DNA of 64,000 nt from Candidatus Micrarchaeota archaeon (GTDB lineage Archaea; Micrarchaeota; Micrarchaeia; Anstonellales; Bilamarchaeaceae). Below the pieces are notes generated by a model. The model searched no databases and had not been told where the DNA came from. It worked only from the letters and a program-made list of their open reading frames with translations. Below are positions 19,729 through 28,681 of the stretch, one piece after another. A program made the position numbers and the translations under genes. Numbering within the stretch: position 1 is the stretch's first letter; each line of letters opens with the position of its first letter. The stretch lies in NCBI GenBank assembly GCA_016926175.1, contig JAFGPA010000001.1:977-64976 (forward strand), in the 5' to 3' direction.

Positions 19729-20250
19729 ATGACAAAAAAAGAAAAAACTGAAGAAGCTCCCAAGGAAGCGCCTGTTAAGGATGCTCCGAAAGAGGAAGCT
19801 CCGAAAGAAGAAACCCCAAAAGAAGAGGTTCAGCCGCAAGCAGAAGAACTCAAAAAGAAGCCTAAGAAAACAAGGCTTGCAGTGATCCATGTTTACTCGT
19901 CAAAGAATGATACCATCATTACAGCGACTGATGTAAGCGGCGCAGAAACACTTGCATGGGCAAGTGGCGGCATGGTTGTCAAATCCCACCGGGAAGAAGG
20001 AAGGCCATATGCTGCAATGCAGGCTGCAATAAGGGTGGTGAACAACCTGAAAGATAAAGGAGTTACCCATGTTCATGTGAAAATCAGGGCTCCGGGTGGT
20101 GTCGGCCTTAAAACTCCGGGAGCAGGCGCTCAGGCGGTTGTCAGAACAATCGCAAGAACTGGCGTCAGAATAGGAAGAATCGAGGATGTTACACCGCTGC
20201 CAACTGACTCTATGAAGAGAAAAGGCGGAAGAAGAGGAAGGAGACTATGA
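19729..20250 (+). CDS. rps11: 30S ribosomal protein uS11 with an acidic N-terminal extension
   Basis: [23 protein letters not shown] and GGRRGRRL motifs. Confidence 0.95.
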   Translation: MTKKEKTEEAPKEAPVKDAPKEEAPKEETPKEEVQPQAEELKKKPKKTRLAVIHVYSSKNDTIITATDVSGAETLAWASGGMVVKSHREEGRPYAAMQAAIRVVNNLKDKGVTHVHVKIRAPGGVGLKTPGAGAQAVVRTIARTGVRIGRIEDVTPLPTDSMKRKGGRRGRRL

Positions 20251-20816
20251 AGCTCGTTCTCGACAAAAAACATGAAAACCGGATTGAATTTCTTGCATCG
20301 GACGTTCAGATTGAGTTTGCCAACATGATAAGGAGATACACCATCTCCCGCGTTCCAGTACTTGCAATCGACAATGTAACCTTCTATGACAATACCTCTG
20401 CATTCTGGGATGAATATATAAGCCACAGACTTGGCCTGTTGCCTGTCATAACACCTGAAAAGCTTCCGAAAAATGCAGAAATCCTCTTTTCCCTTGATGC
20501 AGAAGGCCCGAAGACGGTTTACACGGCCGACTTCACAAGCACTGATGAGGAAATCAAAGTGGCAAAAAACAACATACCAATCGCAACCCTTGGTCCGCAG
20601 CAAAGACTGCGTTTAGAAGGCAAGGCAGTGCTTGGAACAGCAACCACGCATGCCAAATTCCAGGCAGGGCTGGTGGGCTATGGAGAAGAAGAAAAAGGCC
20701 TGCGAATGTTTGTTGAAAGTTTCTTCCAGATGCAGCCTTCTGAAGTTCTCATCCGCGGGTGCAATTCAATTATTTCTGATCTGAACGATCTGGAATCTGC
20801 ACTCAAGAAAAAATAA
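20247..20816 (+). CDS. rpoD: RNA polymerase subunit Rpo3/D (short form)
   Basis: [23 protein letters not shown] and HAKFQ motifs, in its conserved position after rps11. Confidence 0.92.
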   Translation: MKLVLDKKHENRIEFLASDVQIEFANMIRRYTISRVPVLAIDNVTFYDNTSAFWDEYISHRLGLLPVITPEKLPKNAEILFSLDAEGPKTVYTADFTSTDEEIKVAKNNIPIATLGPQQRLRLEGKAVLGTATTHAKFQAGLVGYGEEEKGLRMFVESFFQMQPSEVLIRGCNSIISDLNDLESALKKK

Positions 20817-20822
20817 TTCTTT

Positions 20823-20958
20823 TGCCATGGGGGTTTTCCTCATGCTATCACAATAATACGCAGGGGTGGCAGCATAGCTGAACGTCGATACGTTCATCAA
20901 ACTGCCACTGTCATGGGGTTTTTCCTCATGCTATCACAATAATACGCAGGGGTGGCAG
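20823..20958 (+). repeat. 50-bp direct repeat (20823-20872 and 20909-20958) around a 36-bp spacer
   Basis: tg[c/t]catgggg[g/t]ttttcctcatgctatcacaataatacgcaggggtggcag occurs twice with 2 mismatches. Confidence 0.95.
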
Positions 20959-21079
20959 AGCCTGGTCAAATGCGCTAGATTGAGGACACCTCTTTTGGGC
21001 TGCCTAAAGAGATGCACCCTAAAGGTGGCGAAAGTCTAGTCGGTTAGTCCGTGCGAGAGTTCGAATCTCTTCCCCTGCA
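20946..21079 (+). tRNA. tRNA-Leu(GAG) with an intron at 20986-21033 (37/38)
   Basis: Acceptor stem GCAGGGG/CCCCTGC, anticodon arm CTAGA-TTGAGG|G-TCTAG, long variable arm, and T arm GAGAG-TTCGAAT-CTCTT. Confidence 0.92.
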
Positions 21080-21081
21080 TA

Positions 21082-21336
21082 CTACTTCAAGTTCAGGTCT
21101 CGCCATGGAACGTCGAAACGTTCCATGCGCACCATGTTCCATGGGAACATGATTGTCCCGAGTTGGGCCTTTTCTTTCTCCTCTGCGCTGATTGCCTTGA
21201 AATCGAACTTTCCTTTCCTGAAAATGAGGATGTGCTCGTAGATGTTGTTTGGGTAATAGTACATCGGATAGGGATGCTGAAAAAGCCATTTATTCTCATT
21301 TAATACGAGCCCGGATTTCGGAGTATATAATTCCAC
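21082..21336 (-). pseudogene. Internal fragment of an N4/N6 DNA methyltransferase
   Basis: QHPYPMYYYPNNIYEHILIFRKG resembles the EHILIFRK segment of beta-class methyltransferases. The catalytic SPPY and the SAM-binding DPFxG motifs are absent. Confidence 0.55.
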
Positions 21337-21351
21337 TTTGCTTCTTCAACA

Positions 21352-22485
21352 TCAAAGAGACCCGAAAATAAACCCCGCAACGGTGGAAAGCATGATCACA
21401 ATGGATATATACGCTGCAGTCATCCTTGTTCCGATTACGCCTCTTATCACAAGCATGTTCGGCAGGCTCAGGGAAGGTCCGGCAAGAAGCAGCGAAAGTG
21501 CGGGTCCGGAAGCCATTCCCTTTGCCATCAGAATCTGCAGTATTGGTATCTCGGTGAGAGTGGAGAAGTACATGAATGCGCCAAAGACTGCTGCAACCAG
21601 GTTACCCTGGACCGTGTTTTGCCCGACCATCCCCACCACGAGTTCCTCAGGAAGAAGTGGCATGATGAAGCCTGCTGCAAAAACACCGATGAAAAGAAGG
21701 GGAAGGATTATTTTTGCGACTTCCCATGTTTCTTCAAGCCATTTTTTTGCTATATGATCATGCAGTTTCCAGAGTGTAATTCCAGCCACCCCGAGGGCAA
21801 ATGCCCCCATGGCCGAATATTTGATGAGTGGATCTATCTGGAGGCCATTGACAATCAGGACGCCGAGCATGAGTCCGAAGAATAAGACAAGAATCTTTGT
21901 GGAAACGACCTCTTTCCCGTGCTCTTCCAGCATCATTTTCCCCCCATCATCCTTTTCACGGAAGAGAAAGGCCATCATGAGCCCTGCAAGCATCGCAATT
22001 CCTATTGATGCAACTGCCCTTGCCAGCCCTATTTCATAGCCCAGAACCGAGAAGGTGAGGAAGATTGCAGCAATGTTTATCGCAGGCCCGGCAAACAGAA
22101 ACGTTATCGCAGGGCCGAGACCGGCACCGTTCTTCCTGATGCCGGCAAAAAGGGGAAGGATGGTACATGAGCAAACCGCAAGCACTGCCCCGGATACGGA
22201 TGCGGCAGCATAAGCCACTCGCTTATCCGCTTCGCGCCCCAGGTATTTCAGGACACTCTCCTTTTTTATGAAAACAGTTATCGCCCCTGCAATGAAGAGC
22301 GCAGGGATAAGGCAGGTGAGGATGTGCTCTTTCGCATATTCGCCAAGCAGTTCTATGCCGCCTGAAACCGATTTGCCAAGCCAGCCGTAGCTTTCCGGAA
22401 AGGCGGCTGAGTCCGCGGGTAAGAAGTAGAATGCCAGGAAGACTGCGATTATGGCTCCTAAAAGCAACTTATCCCCATTTTCCAT
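21352..22485 (-). CDS. ArsP-like (DUF318) permease
   Basis: CLIPALFIAG, AVCSCTILPLF, GPAINI, YFSTLTEIPI and GPSLSLP motifs. Confidence 0.85.
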   Translation of the reverse strand: MENGDKLLLGAIIAVFLAFYFLPADSAAFPESYGWLGKSVSGGIELLGEYAKEHILTCLIPALFIAGAITVFIKKESVLKYLGREADKRVAYAAASVSGAVLAVCSCTILPLFAGIRKNGAGLGPAITFLFAGPAINIAAIFLTFSVLGYEIGLARAVASIGIAMLAGLMMAFLFREKDDGGKMMLEEHGKEVVSTKILVLFFGLMLGVLIVNGLQIDPLIKYSAMGAFALGVAGITLWKLHDHIAKKWLEETWEVAKIILPLLFIGVFAAGFIMPLLPEELVVGMVGQNTVQGNLVAAVFGAFMYFSTLTEIPILQILMAKGMASGPALSLLLAGPSLSLPNMLVIRGVIGTRMTAAYISIVIMLSTVAGFIFGSL

Positions 22486-22486
22486 A

Positions 22487-23206
22487 TCATATCCCTCCCA
22501 AGGTTATATCCAATGTATAATAAGCTCCAACAAGCAGAAAAATGGCCGCAACGACGCGCCTCATCATCCTCTCGATGGCCTGAACCCGGCCCATCACGGT
22601 TCCGAGAGTCGAGACGCTGTGGACAAGGAGCAGCGAAGAAAGAATGACTGGAAGGCCGGTCGCGAAAGCGAAGATCGAAGGAATAAGTATTCCGTCCCTG
22701 CTTGCAATCGCAAGGGGGAGGAGCATCCCGAAAAAAAGCACTGCACTAAAGGGACAGAATGCGAGAGCGAACAACACGCCGAGCAAAAAGCTTCCTGCAA
22801 GCCCTTTTTTTGAGAGACTTTCCTTAAGGCCTTCAAGCCTCCTGCTTTCGCCCCAGGCTTTGATTTTTATAATGTCAAGCATCACAATTCCTATGATGAG
22901 GAGAAGGGGGCCAAGGAGGATCTCACCGTATTTCTGCAGCCCAAGCGCAACCATCTGGACATTCACTCCAAACCAGACGATGAGCGAGGCGAGGGCGACA
23001 TATGTCAGGGTGCGCCCCAGAGTATAACTAAACCCCACCAGGAGGGTTTTCTTCCCATGCTCAAGGTTTTTGGAGATGTATGCGATTGCAGTTATGTTCG
23101 TTGCCATCGGGCAGGGGCTGATAGCCATCATGATTCCTATGAAGAATGCTGCGATTATGGGGATATCACTGGTACCCATTGCTTCCAGGAAGTTCATCAG
23201 TCCCAT
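22487..23206 (-). CDS. CcdA/DsbD-like membrane protein, ArsG-like
   Basis: ISPCPMATNITA and ALAFCPFSAVLFFG motifs. Confidence 0.8.
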   Translation of the reverse strand: MGLMNFLEAMGTSDIPIIAAFFIGIMMAISPCPMATNITAIAYISKNLEHGKKTLLVGFSYTLGRTLTYVALASLIVWFGVNVQMVALGLQKYGEILLGPLLLIIGIVMLDIIKIKAWGESRRLEGLKESLSKKGLAGSFLLGVLFALAFCPFSAVLFFGMLLPLAIASRDGILIPSIFAFATGLPVILSSLLLVHSVSTLGTVMGRVQAIERMMRRVVAAIFLLVGAYYTLDITLGGI

Positions 23207-23210
23207 ATTT

Positions 23211-23714
23211 TTAAACCTCCTGCAGTTTTTTCTCCAGGACCCCTTTCAGATATTTCATATATTCTTCCTTATTGCCGATCTTGTACCAGACCATGACGTT
23301 TTCTTCCTTCCGGAAACCTTCACCGGAATAGACGCCTATGAACAGGGAAGAGCCTGTCACCCCGTATTTGGCGACCTTTACCTGGTTTTCCGGAAGCTCC
23401 CCGTTTATGTGGGCAAAGGAAAGTTTTCCTTCCTCCACCTCTTTTGAGAAATATGTTCTTATTGTTTCTTCGGCGTACTGCCCCATTGTTATGCATGAAT
23501 AGCACTGGTGCGTTCCATGGAAATGTATCACTTCGACCAGCGGGGCCGTGGTTCCTGCGGTGTTTTGGATGCTTTGCCCGACAACGGTTGCCCCGTCAGT
23601 TTCCCTTAGGGTTTCACTTTCCCCGAAACTGCTTCCATCACCGACACATCCGGCAAGCAGCATGCCGATGAACAGTGCAAGCAAAACAAACCAGTTTTTC
23701 ATTTTTCCAGCCAT
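23211..23714 (-). CDS. Thioredoxin-like lipoprotein, ArsF-like
   Basis: LLAGC lipobox, VEVIHFHGTHQCYSC and YGVTGSSL. Confidence 0.75.
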   Translation of the reverse strand: MAGKMKNWFVLLALFIGMLLAGCVGDGSSFGESETLRETDGATVVGQSIQNTAGTTAPLVEVIHFHGTHQCYSCITMGQYAEETIRTYFSKEVEEGKLSFAHINGELPENQVKVAKYGVTGSSLFIGVYSGEGFRKEENVMVWYKIGNKEEYMKYLKGVLEKKLQEV

Positions 23715-23932
23715 TTTTTTATCTCTTCTGCATCTGGAATGCGCCCGTATGCCCGGACTTCACCATCCACCACAATTGCAGGTGTGGACATCACTCCATA
23801 TTCTACGATTTTGCCTATGTCGGTTACCTTTGTGATTTCCGCGCCAATACCGAGCTCTGCAGCCGCCTTCCTGGCGTTCTCTTCCAGCATTTTGCATTTT
23901 GGGCATCCTGTCCCGAGAATTTCAATTTTCAT
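23699..23932 (-). CDS. Small redox-active disulfide protein (Thioredoxin_3)
   Basis: MKIEILGTGCPKC and YGVMSTPA motifs. Confidence 0.9.
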   Translation of the reverse strand: MKIEILGTGCPKCKMLEENARKAAAELGIGAEITKVTDIGKIVEYGVMSTPAIVVDGEVRAYGRIPDAEEIKKWLEK

Positions 23933-24026
23933 TTTGCCACCTCACATTTTCATTGTTGCATTGTAGTTTCGAAACTTCTGTTATTAGTTGTGGGGACAAA
24001 GCATTTAATAATTTACGCCCATCAAT

Positions 24027-24341
24027 ATGTTCATGAGAAAACACAGCTTCCGGCCAGCAGAATTCTTAAAGGCAATTGGCGACGATACGCGTTTTTCCAT
24101 ACTGGAGTTTCTTCTTGACGGGAAAAAATGCGTGTGCGAGATATTTCCTCATGTGAAAAAATCCCAGTCCACTGTATCAATCCATCTTTCGAAGCTGGAG
24201 GCCGCGGGGATACTGACGTCGAAAAGGGAGGGGAAAAAGGTTTTTTACCAGATAGCAGATTCCCGCGTGTGCGACATTTTCAAGGCATTGGGCTACAGGA
24301 GGGGAAAATGTTTGAAAAGCAAGTGCTGCATGGCGGGGTGA
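24027..24341 (+). CDS. arsR: ArsR/SmtB transcriptional repressor
   Basis: KAIGDDTRFSIL, KCVCEI and QSTVSIHLSKL motifs. Divergent from the cassette. Confidence 0.88.
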   Translation: MFMRKHSFRPAEFLKAIGDDTRFSILEFLLDGKKCVCEIFPHVKKSQSTVSIHLSKLEAAGILTSKREGKKVFYQIADSRVCDIFKALGYRRGKCLKSKCCMAG

Positions 24342-24509
24342 GGGCATGGCAGATGATAAAACATTTCCGGCATAGCGGTTTCATTTTATCGGCTGAATAT
24401 CCAATCCTATGATTTATTTTCCTAAACCTATTTGGTTTATATGGCTACAAAACACTTGATTTTACATTTTGTAGCCGTAAGGCCACACTTCAAAACGATA
24501 GCGGAACTG

Positions 24510-25928
24510 CTACTTCAGGAATATCCTTTCAAGTTCCTTCAGGTTATAAAGGATGATGTCCTCCGAAGCCAGCTTTTTTCTGAATGATTTTGCAAAAATG
24601 GCGTAAATCTCCCTTCTTTTTCCCAGATTCCACGGCATCAATGCCGCCTTTGCCTTCAAACCCTTCAAAACAGCATCGGCATCTACGTTATCTCTCCACT
24701 TGCACTCTCCGAACAGTATCGTCTTGCTTTCAGCATTCAGGGAAACAATGTCAATCTCTGCTGTCTTTCGTTCCCCTTCCTCGCGATAGGCGCCCCACCA
24801 TCTGCCAACCTCTGCCGCACCAATAGGGTTTACGATTCTTAGAGCCTCGCTGCAGACCTGTTCGAATTGCCTCCCGACGTAAGAGTTGAAATTCTGCAAT
24901 AGATTCTTCCCAAACTGTTCGAACTTAAACGAGTCCAGCTCCTTCTTGAAGGGATAAACGAACTGGAACCAAAACTTGAAGTAATTGTCTTTGAGAGCAT
25001 AACTCGTTTTTCTGCTTTTCTCCTCTGCCGTTACTGGTTTTTGCCCTTCTATGAGGTCGAGTTCAATCAGAGTGTCAATATACCTCACAATAGCAGTTCT
25101 TTCGATGCCTATCGCATTCGAAATCTCATTCAGGGTGTTTCTGCCGGCGTTTATTTCCCTTAGAATGGAGAAATAGGTTTTCGGCTCTCGCAGTTCTTCT
25201 TTCAGTATGATGTCGACTTCCTGGTAAAGGATTGATCCGCGGGAGGCCATTACCAGTTTGGCATTCTCCCGTACACTTTTCTTTGGGTCTAATTCCAGTA
25301 TGTAGAGCGGTATGCCGCCAGCCATTGAGTAAAATTCCACAAGTTTTTCGAAAGCAAGGCCCGGATAGAATTTTGTGAATTCCTTGAATGGGAGGGGATC
25401 AACCTTCCATTGGCCAGTTCTCCTCCCGTAGAGAGGGCTCTTACGCCCAAGTACTTCTGTTTCCATTGCACCGATGCTTGAACCGCATAAAATCAGGGTG
25501 AGTCCTTTGGCTTTCAGATGTTCATCCCAGGATTTCTGGATTATGGAAGGAATGGCCTTGTTGGAATCTACGAGATAAGGAAACTCATCTATGATTAGTA
25601 TAGTTCCGCTTAAATTCTTCCCTTCTAGATACTCTGTCAGTTGGGCGAAGCTTTCAAATGGATTCAGATCCAGGGTGTTATCACCAAAATGCGCCGCAAT
25701 ATCTTTCGAGAAGTCTGCAACGAGTTCTTTTTCGACCTCCTGGGTCGCAAGAAGGTATATCGCCTTCCTGTTCCTTATGAAGTGTTTCAGGAGTTCGGAT
25801 TTGCCCACTCTTCTTCGCCCGTAAATCACTATGAAGGCAGCACCCTTTGCAGCCTGCCTCTCCAGAAAAGCGAGTTCATTTTCCCTGTTTATAAATTGTA
25901 TGAACGTGTTCATAATGTTCTTCTGCAT
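24510..25928 (-). CDS. Archaeal AAA ATPase with wHTH and DUF234 PD-(D/E)xK domain
   Basis: FINRENEL, YGRRRVGKS, IIDEF and EIDIV...FGECKW motifs. Confidence 0.9.
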   Translation of the reverse strand: MQKNIMNTFIQFINRENELAFLERQAAKGAAFIVIYGRRRVGKSELLKHFIRNRKAIYLLATQEVEKELVADFSKDIAAHFGDNTLDLNPFESFAQLTEYLEGKNLSGTILIIDEFPYLVDSNKAIPSIIQKSWDEHLKAKGLTLILCGSSIGAMETEVLGRKSPLYGRRTGQWKVDPLPFKEFTKFYPGLAFEKLVEFYSMAGGIPLYILELDPKKSVRENAKLVMASRGSILYQEVDIILKEELREPKTYFSILREINAGRNTLNEISNAIGIERTAIVRYIDTLIELDLIEGQKPVTAEEKSRKTSYALKDNYFKFWFQFVYPFKKELDSFKFEQFGKNLLQNFNSYVGRQFEQVCSEALRIVNPIGAAEVGRWWGAYREEGERKTAEIDIVSLNAESKTILFGECKWRDNVDADAVLKGLKAKAALMPWNLGKRREIYAIFAKSFRKKLASEDIILYNLKELERIFLK

Positions 25929-26244
25929 ACAAATATTTATTAAGCTTTCTTACCAGAGGCGCCCTCGGTTTGGGGGTCAAAGGTGTTCCTAAAACCTTAA
26001 GTCCAATGCAGTTCATGAGAGTCGAACCTCGAAGTTCGGGACCGTTATTGCAAGAGGCAAACTCAAGGAGACCATTCAAGGCATTTTCAGACAGGCAGAC
26101 ACAAAGAATAGGGCGAGTGCTAAGGGGGCTGATTTTGGACCTTTATCGAATAGAAAATGCCCGAAAAACCGCTGGATTTTGAGGTCTTGAAAAGGCCCTC
26201 TTAAACGGTTAGGGGGGTTACTTTAAATTACGTTAAATTTAAAG

Positions 26245-26400
26245 TTATTTAACGTTTTCCAGTTCGTAATACACCCCCGGACTTTGCCGGGTTTCCTCCT
26301 GTTTTATAAGTTCATTAAGATCATTGACCGCAATTGGTTTTGATATCCCGACCAGTTTTGCGTATTGCGACGCCTTGGCTACAAAATCATTCTGAAGATG
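26245..26400 (-). pseudogene. C-terminal wHTH remnant (Fic- or RecG-like tail)
   Basis: YAKLVGISKPIAVNDLNELIKQ...VYYEL, with no plausible N-terminus. Confidence 0.4.
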
Positions 26401-26489
26401 TTTTACAAGTGGCTTAAGGGCAAAGTTTTCAGTTATCCGCCGAAACTGCAATGAAAGCTTTAAAGATGTTAAATCTAAATGTGCTATCA

Positions 26490-28331
26490 ATGGAAGACCT
26501 TGCTATATCTGATTTTGGTTTAGTGCTGTTATTCGCAGTTCTGGCCGGCGTATTGTCAGTAAGGCTAAAGCTTCCACCCGTGGCAGGGCTTTTGTTTACG
26601 GGAATGTTACTGGGGCCAAACGTTTTTCACATCATTGAATCGCCAACAATTGAGGCATTTTCTCAGATTGGTTCGATAATGCTGCTTTTCATGATCGGTG
26701 TAGAATTCTCCATAACCAAATTACTTTCTACGGGAATACGCGCCATCATAAGCAGCATGCTCCTGATTTTTCTTACGTTCACAATTATGCATGAAGTGGC
26801 CCTTTTGACTGGTTTTGATTCTATCACCTCACTTTGCATCGGTTCAGTATTTTCAATCAGCAGTACTGCGATCATTATGAAAATACTGGAGCAAAAGAAA
26901 TTGATAGACCGAAAAGAAGTCCCGGTACTTGTTGCCATCCTAATTGTAGAGGATATCTTCGCAGTTTTCCTCCTTACTTTCTTCTCAAATCTCAAATCCG
27001 GCCTATATGTTGATGAAAATTTCCTTGCAGCTGCCATAATATCCCTGTCAATACTTGGTTTTGTTTATGTCATACTATTGAGAGTGCTGCAGAAACTTTC
27101 GCTGATTTTACTGCGCTATCAGGCCGAAGATACGAGAATACTTTTTTCATTTGCTCTTGGCATAGGACTTAGCGTAATAGCTTCATTCCTGGGCCTCACG
27201 CCGGCCATAGGTGCATTCCTGGCAGGCAGCATAATTGCAGGTTTGCCAAACAGCCGTGATTTTGAAAATTCGATAAGGCCATTTAGCCACGTATTCTCTT
27301 CGTTTTTCTTCCTGTCTGTAGGCATGCTGATAAATCCAGTTGCCCTTCTGACTTCTTTTGACCTGACACTTATACTTATAGGAAGTTTTATGGCGGTGGT
27401 TATGCTCTCCACCACATTGGCTTTCTACCTTATCACTACAAGCGGCCGCTCCTCAGTCTTTGCCGGGCTGGCAATGATTCCGCTTGGTGAATTCTCCCTC
27501 CTTATAGCTAAAGAAACTATTGGTCTTACTGAAGTGAATCTTGTGAATATAGCTTCCCTTGGCGTACTTATAACATCCATCTTCTGCTCTTTCCTTGTTC
27601 CCAGAAACGAGCAGGCATACCTGTGGTTCAAATCCAATCTTCCTTCAACTCTTCTATCAACTCTCAAGGATTCATCAAATTATTTTATCAATGTTATCAG
27701 TGCTTTCGAGCCAAACGGCTATTTCTACAATCTTTTAATTAAAGAAGTGAAGAATAGCTTATCTGACATACTCTTGGTTCTGGGGCTATCACTTTTCTAC
27801 ATTACAGTGCGCAGCTACCTCCAATTCCCTGTGGATCTTCTGGATCACACTTTTAGTGCTGATATGGGGCTGCTGGCTGCGCTTGTGATAATCTTCTCAT
27901 TTCCTCTGATAAAACTGGCGCTTTCCATAAAGAAGCTTCTTGGTGCCCTGTCCATGATTTTCACTTATACAACACCTATGACAAAAAAAGGGTCTATTCT
28001 CAGAAACATACTCATAGGAACTGTTCTTCTCATGCTTTTTGCCAATTTCTATCTCGTTATAGAATTTCTTGTACTTCCCAGAATCTTCAATCTGCTTTCG
28101 ATTATTTTCGGCCTGCTTTCAATATTTTTCTTCTGGAGTGCAATAAGAGTTTCAACAATCTGGCTGTATATCAGCAAAATGCAACCTATCGATATAATGA
28201 AAAAACAAATCCTGACATCCCAGGATGATCCGGTATCTGGATATATATCTCCTTCTGCCGGATTGGAAACACAAAAAAAGAAAAAAGTTTCGAAAAAGAG
28301 GAAAACTCCAAAAAATAAAAACTTGCGATAA
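26490..28331 (+). CDS. CPA2/Kef-type cation:proton antiporter
   Basis: LLFMIGVEFS, SSTAII.K.L, ILIVEDI, GAFLAG, FFLSVG and GEFSLLIA motifs. Confidence 0.9.
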   Translation: MEDLAISDFGLVLLFAVLAGVLSVRLKLPPVAGLLFTGMLLGPNVFHIIESPTIEAFSQIGSIMLLFMIGVEFSITKLLSTGIRAIISSMLLIFLTFTIMHEVALLTGFDSITSLCIGSVFSISSTAIIMKILEQKKLIDRKEVPVLVAILIVEDIFAVFLLTFFSNLKSGLYVDENFLAAAIISLSILGFVYVILLRVLQKLSLILLRYQAEDTRILFSFALGIGLSVIASFLGLTPAIGAFLAGSIIAGLPNSRDFENSIRPFSHVFSSFFFLSVGMLINPVALLTSFDLTLILIGSFMAVVMLSTTLAFYLITTSGRSSVFAGLAMIPLGEFSLLIAKETIGLTEVNLVNIASLGVLITSIFCSFLVPRNEQAYLWFKSNLPSTLLSTLKDSSNYFINVISAFEPNGYFYNLLIKEVKNSLSDILLVLGLSLFYITVRSYLQFPVDLLDHTFSADMGLLAALVIIFSFPLIKLALSIKKLLGALSMIFTYTTPMTKKGSILRNILIGTVLLMLFANFYLVIEFLVLPRIFNLLSIIFGLLSIFFFWSAIRVSTIWLYISKMQPIDIMKKQILTSQDDPVSGYISPSAGLETQKKKKVSKKRKTPKNKNLR

Positions 28332-28583
28332 CTGCAGGTCTTGGCCGGATTTCCTGACAGCGGAACCTGTTTTTCCAAAAAACAGAAGATGTTATTTTTA
28401 TATAATTCAAATTTTCCATTATTTTTCTGTTTTTAAATTTTTGCCATCTCTTTTTTACGTCATAATTAAGAGATGCAAAAATCTCAGAATATAAAGTTGC
28501 TGTTTATTAATCCGGATATCCGTAATTATGCTGGTCGCGTTGAAATAAAAGGCCAAAAACCCAATGCGCCGAAGGTGAAAAAA

Positions 28584-28619
28584 ATGGCCAAAAAGCCAAA
28601 ACCAAAACCGGCTGAGTAA
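28584..28619 (+). CDS. Putative 11-aa leader peptide MAKKPKPKPAE
   Basis: A Shine-Dalgarno-like AAGGTGA lies just upstream of the ATG. A TATA-like TTTATTAA lies at 28503. Confidence 0.4.
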   Translation: MAKKPKPKPAE

Positions 28620-28626
28620 CCCTGCC

Positions 28627-28664
28627 GAATGAATGGATTTCATGTTCATTTTTTTCATTTTTTT
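28627..28664 (+). terminator. Weak hairpin followed by oligo-T tracts
   Basis: gaatgaat/gttcattt stem, then two T7 runs. Confidence 0.45.
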
Positions 28665-28681
28665 ATGGTGAGGTGACCATT

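Noticed and set aside
20823..20958. Mini CRISPR array (repeat, 36-nt spacer, repeat)
   Set aside because: There are only two repeats, 50 bp long and including tRNA sequence, and no cas genes in the window.
25970..26182. 70-aa ORF, or a c-di-GMP-I riboswitch-like GGCAAAC...GACACAAAG
   Set aside because: No protein motif, and the riboswitch stems and GAAA tetraloop cannot be formed.
28565..28577. Glycine riboswitch-like CGCCGAAGG
   Set aside because: The other conserved elements (GGAGA, CTCTCAGG) are absent.
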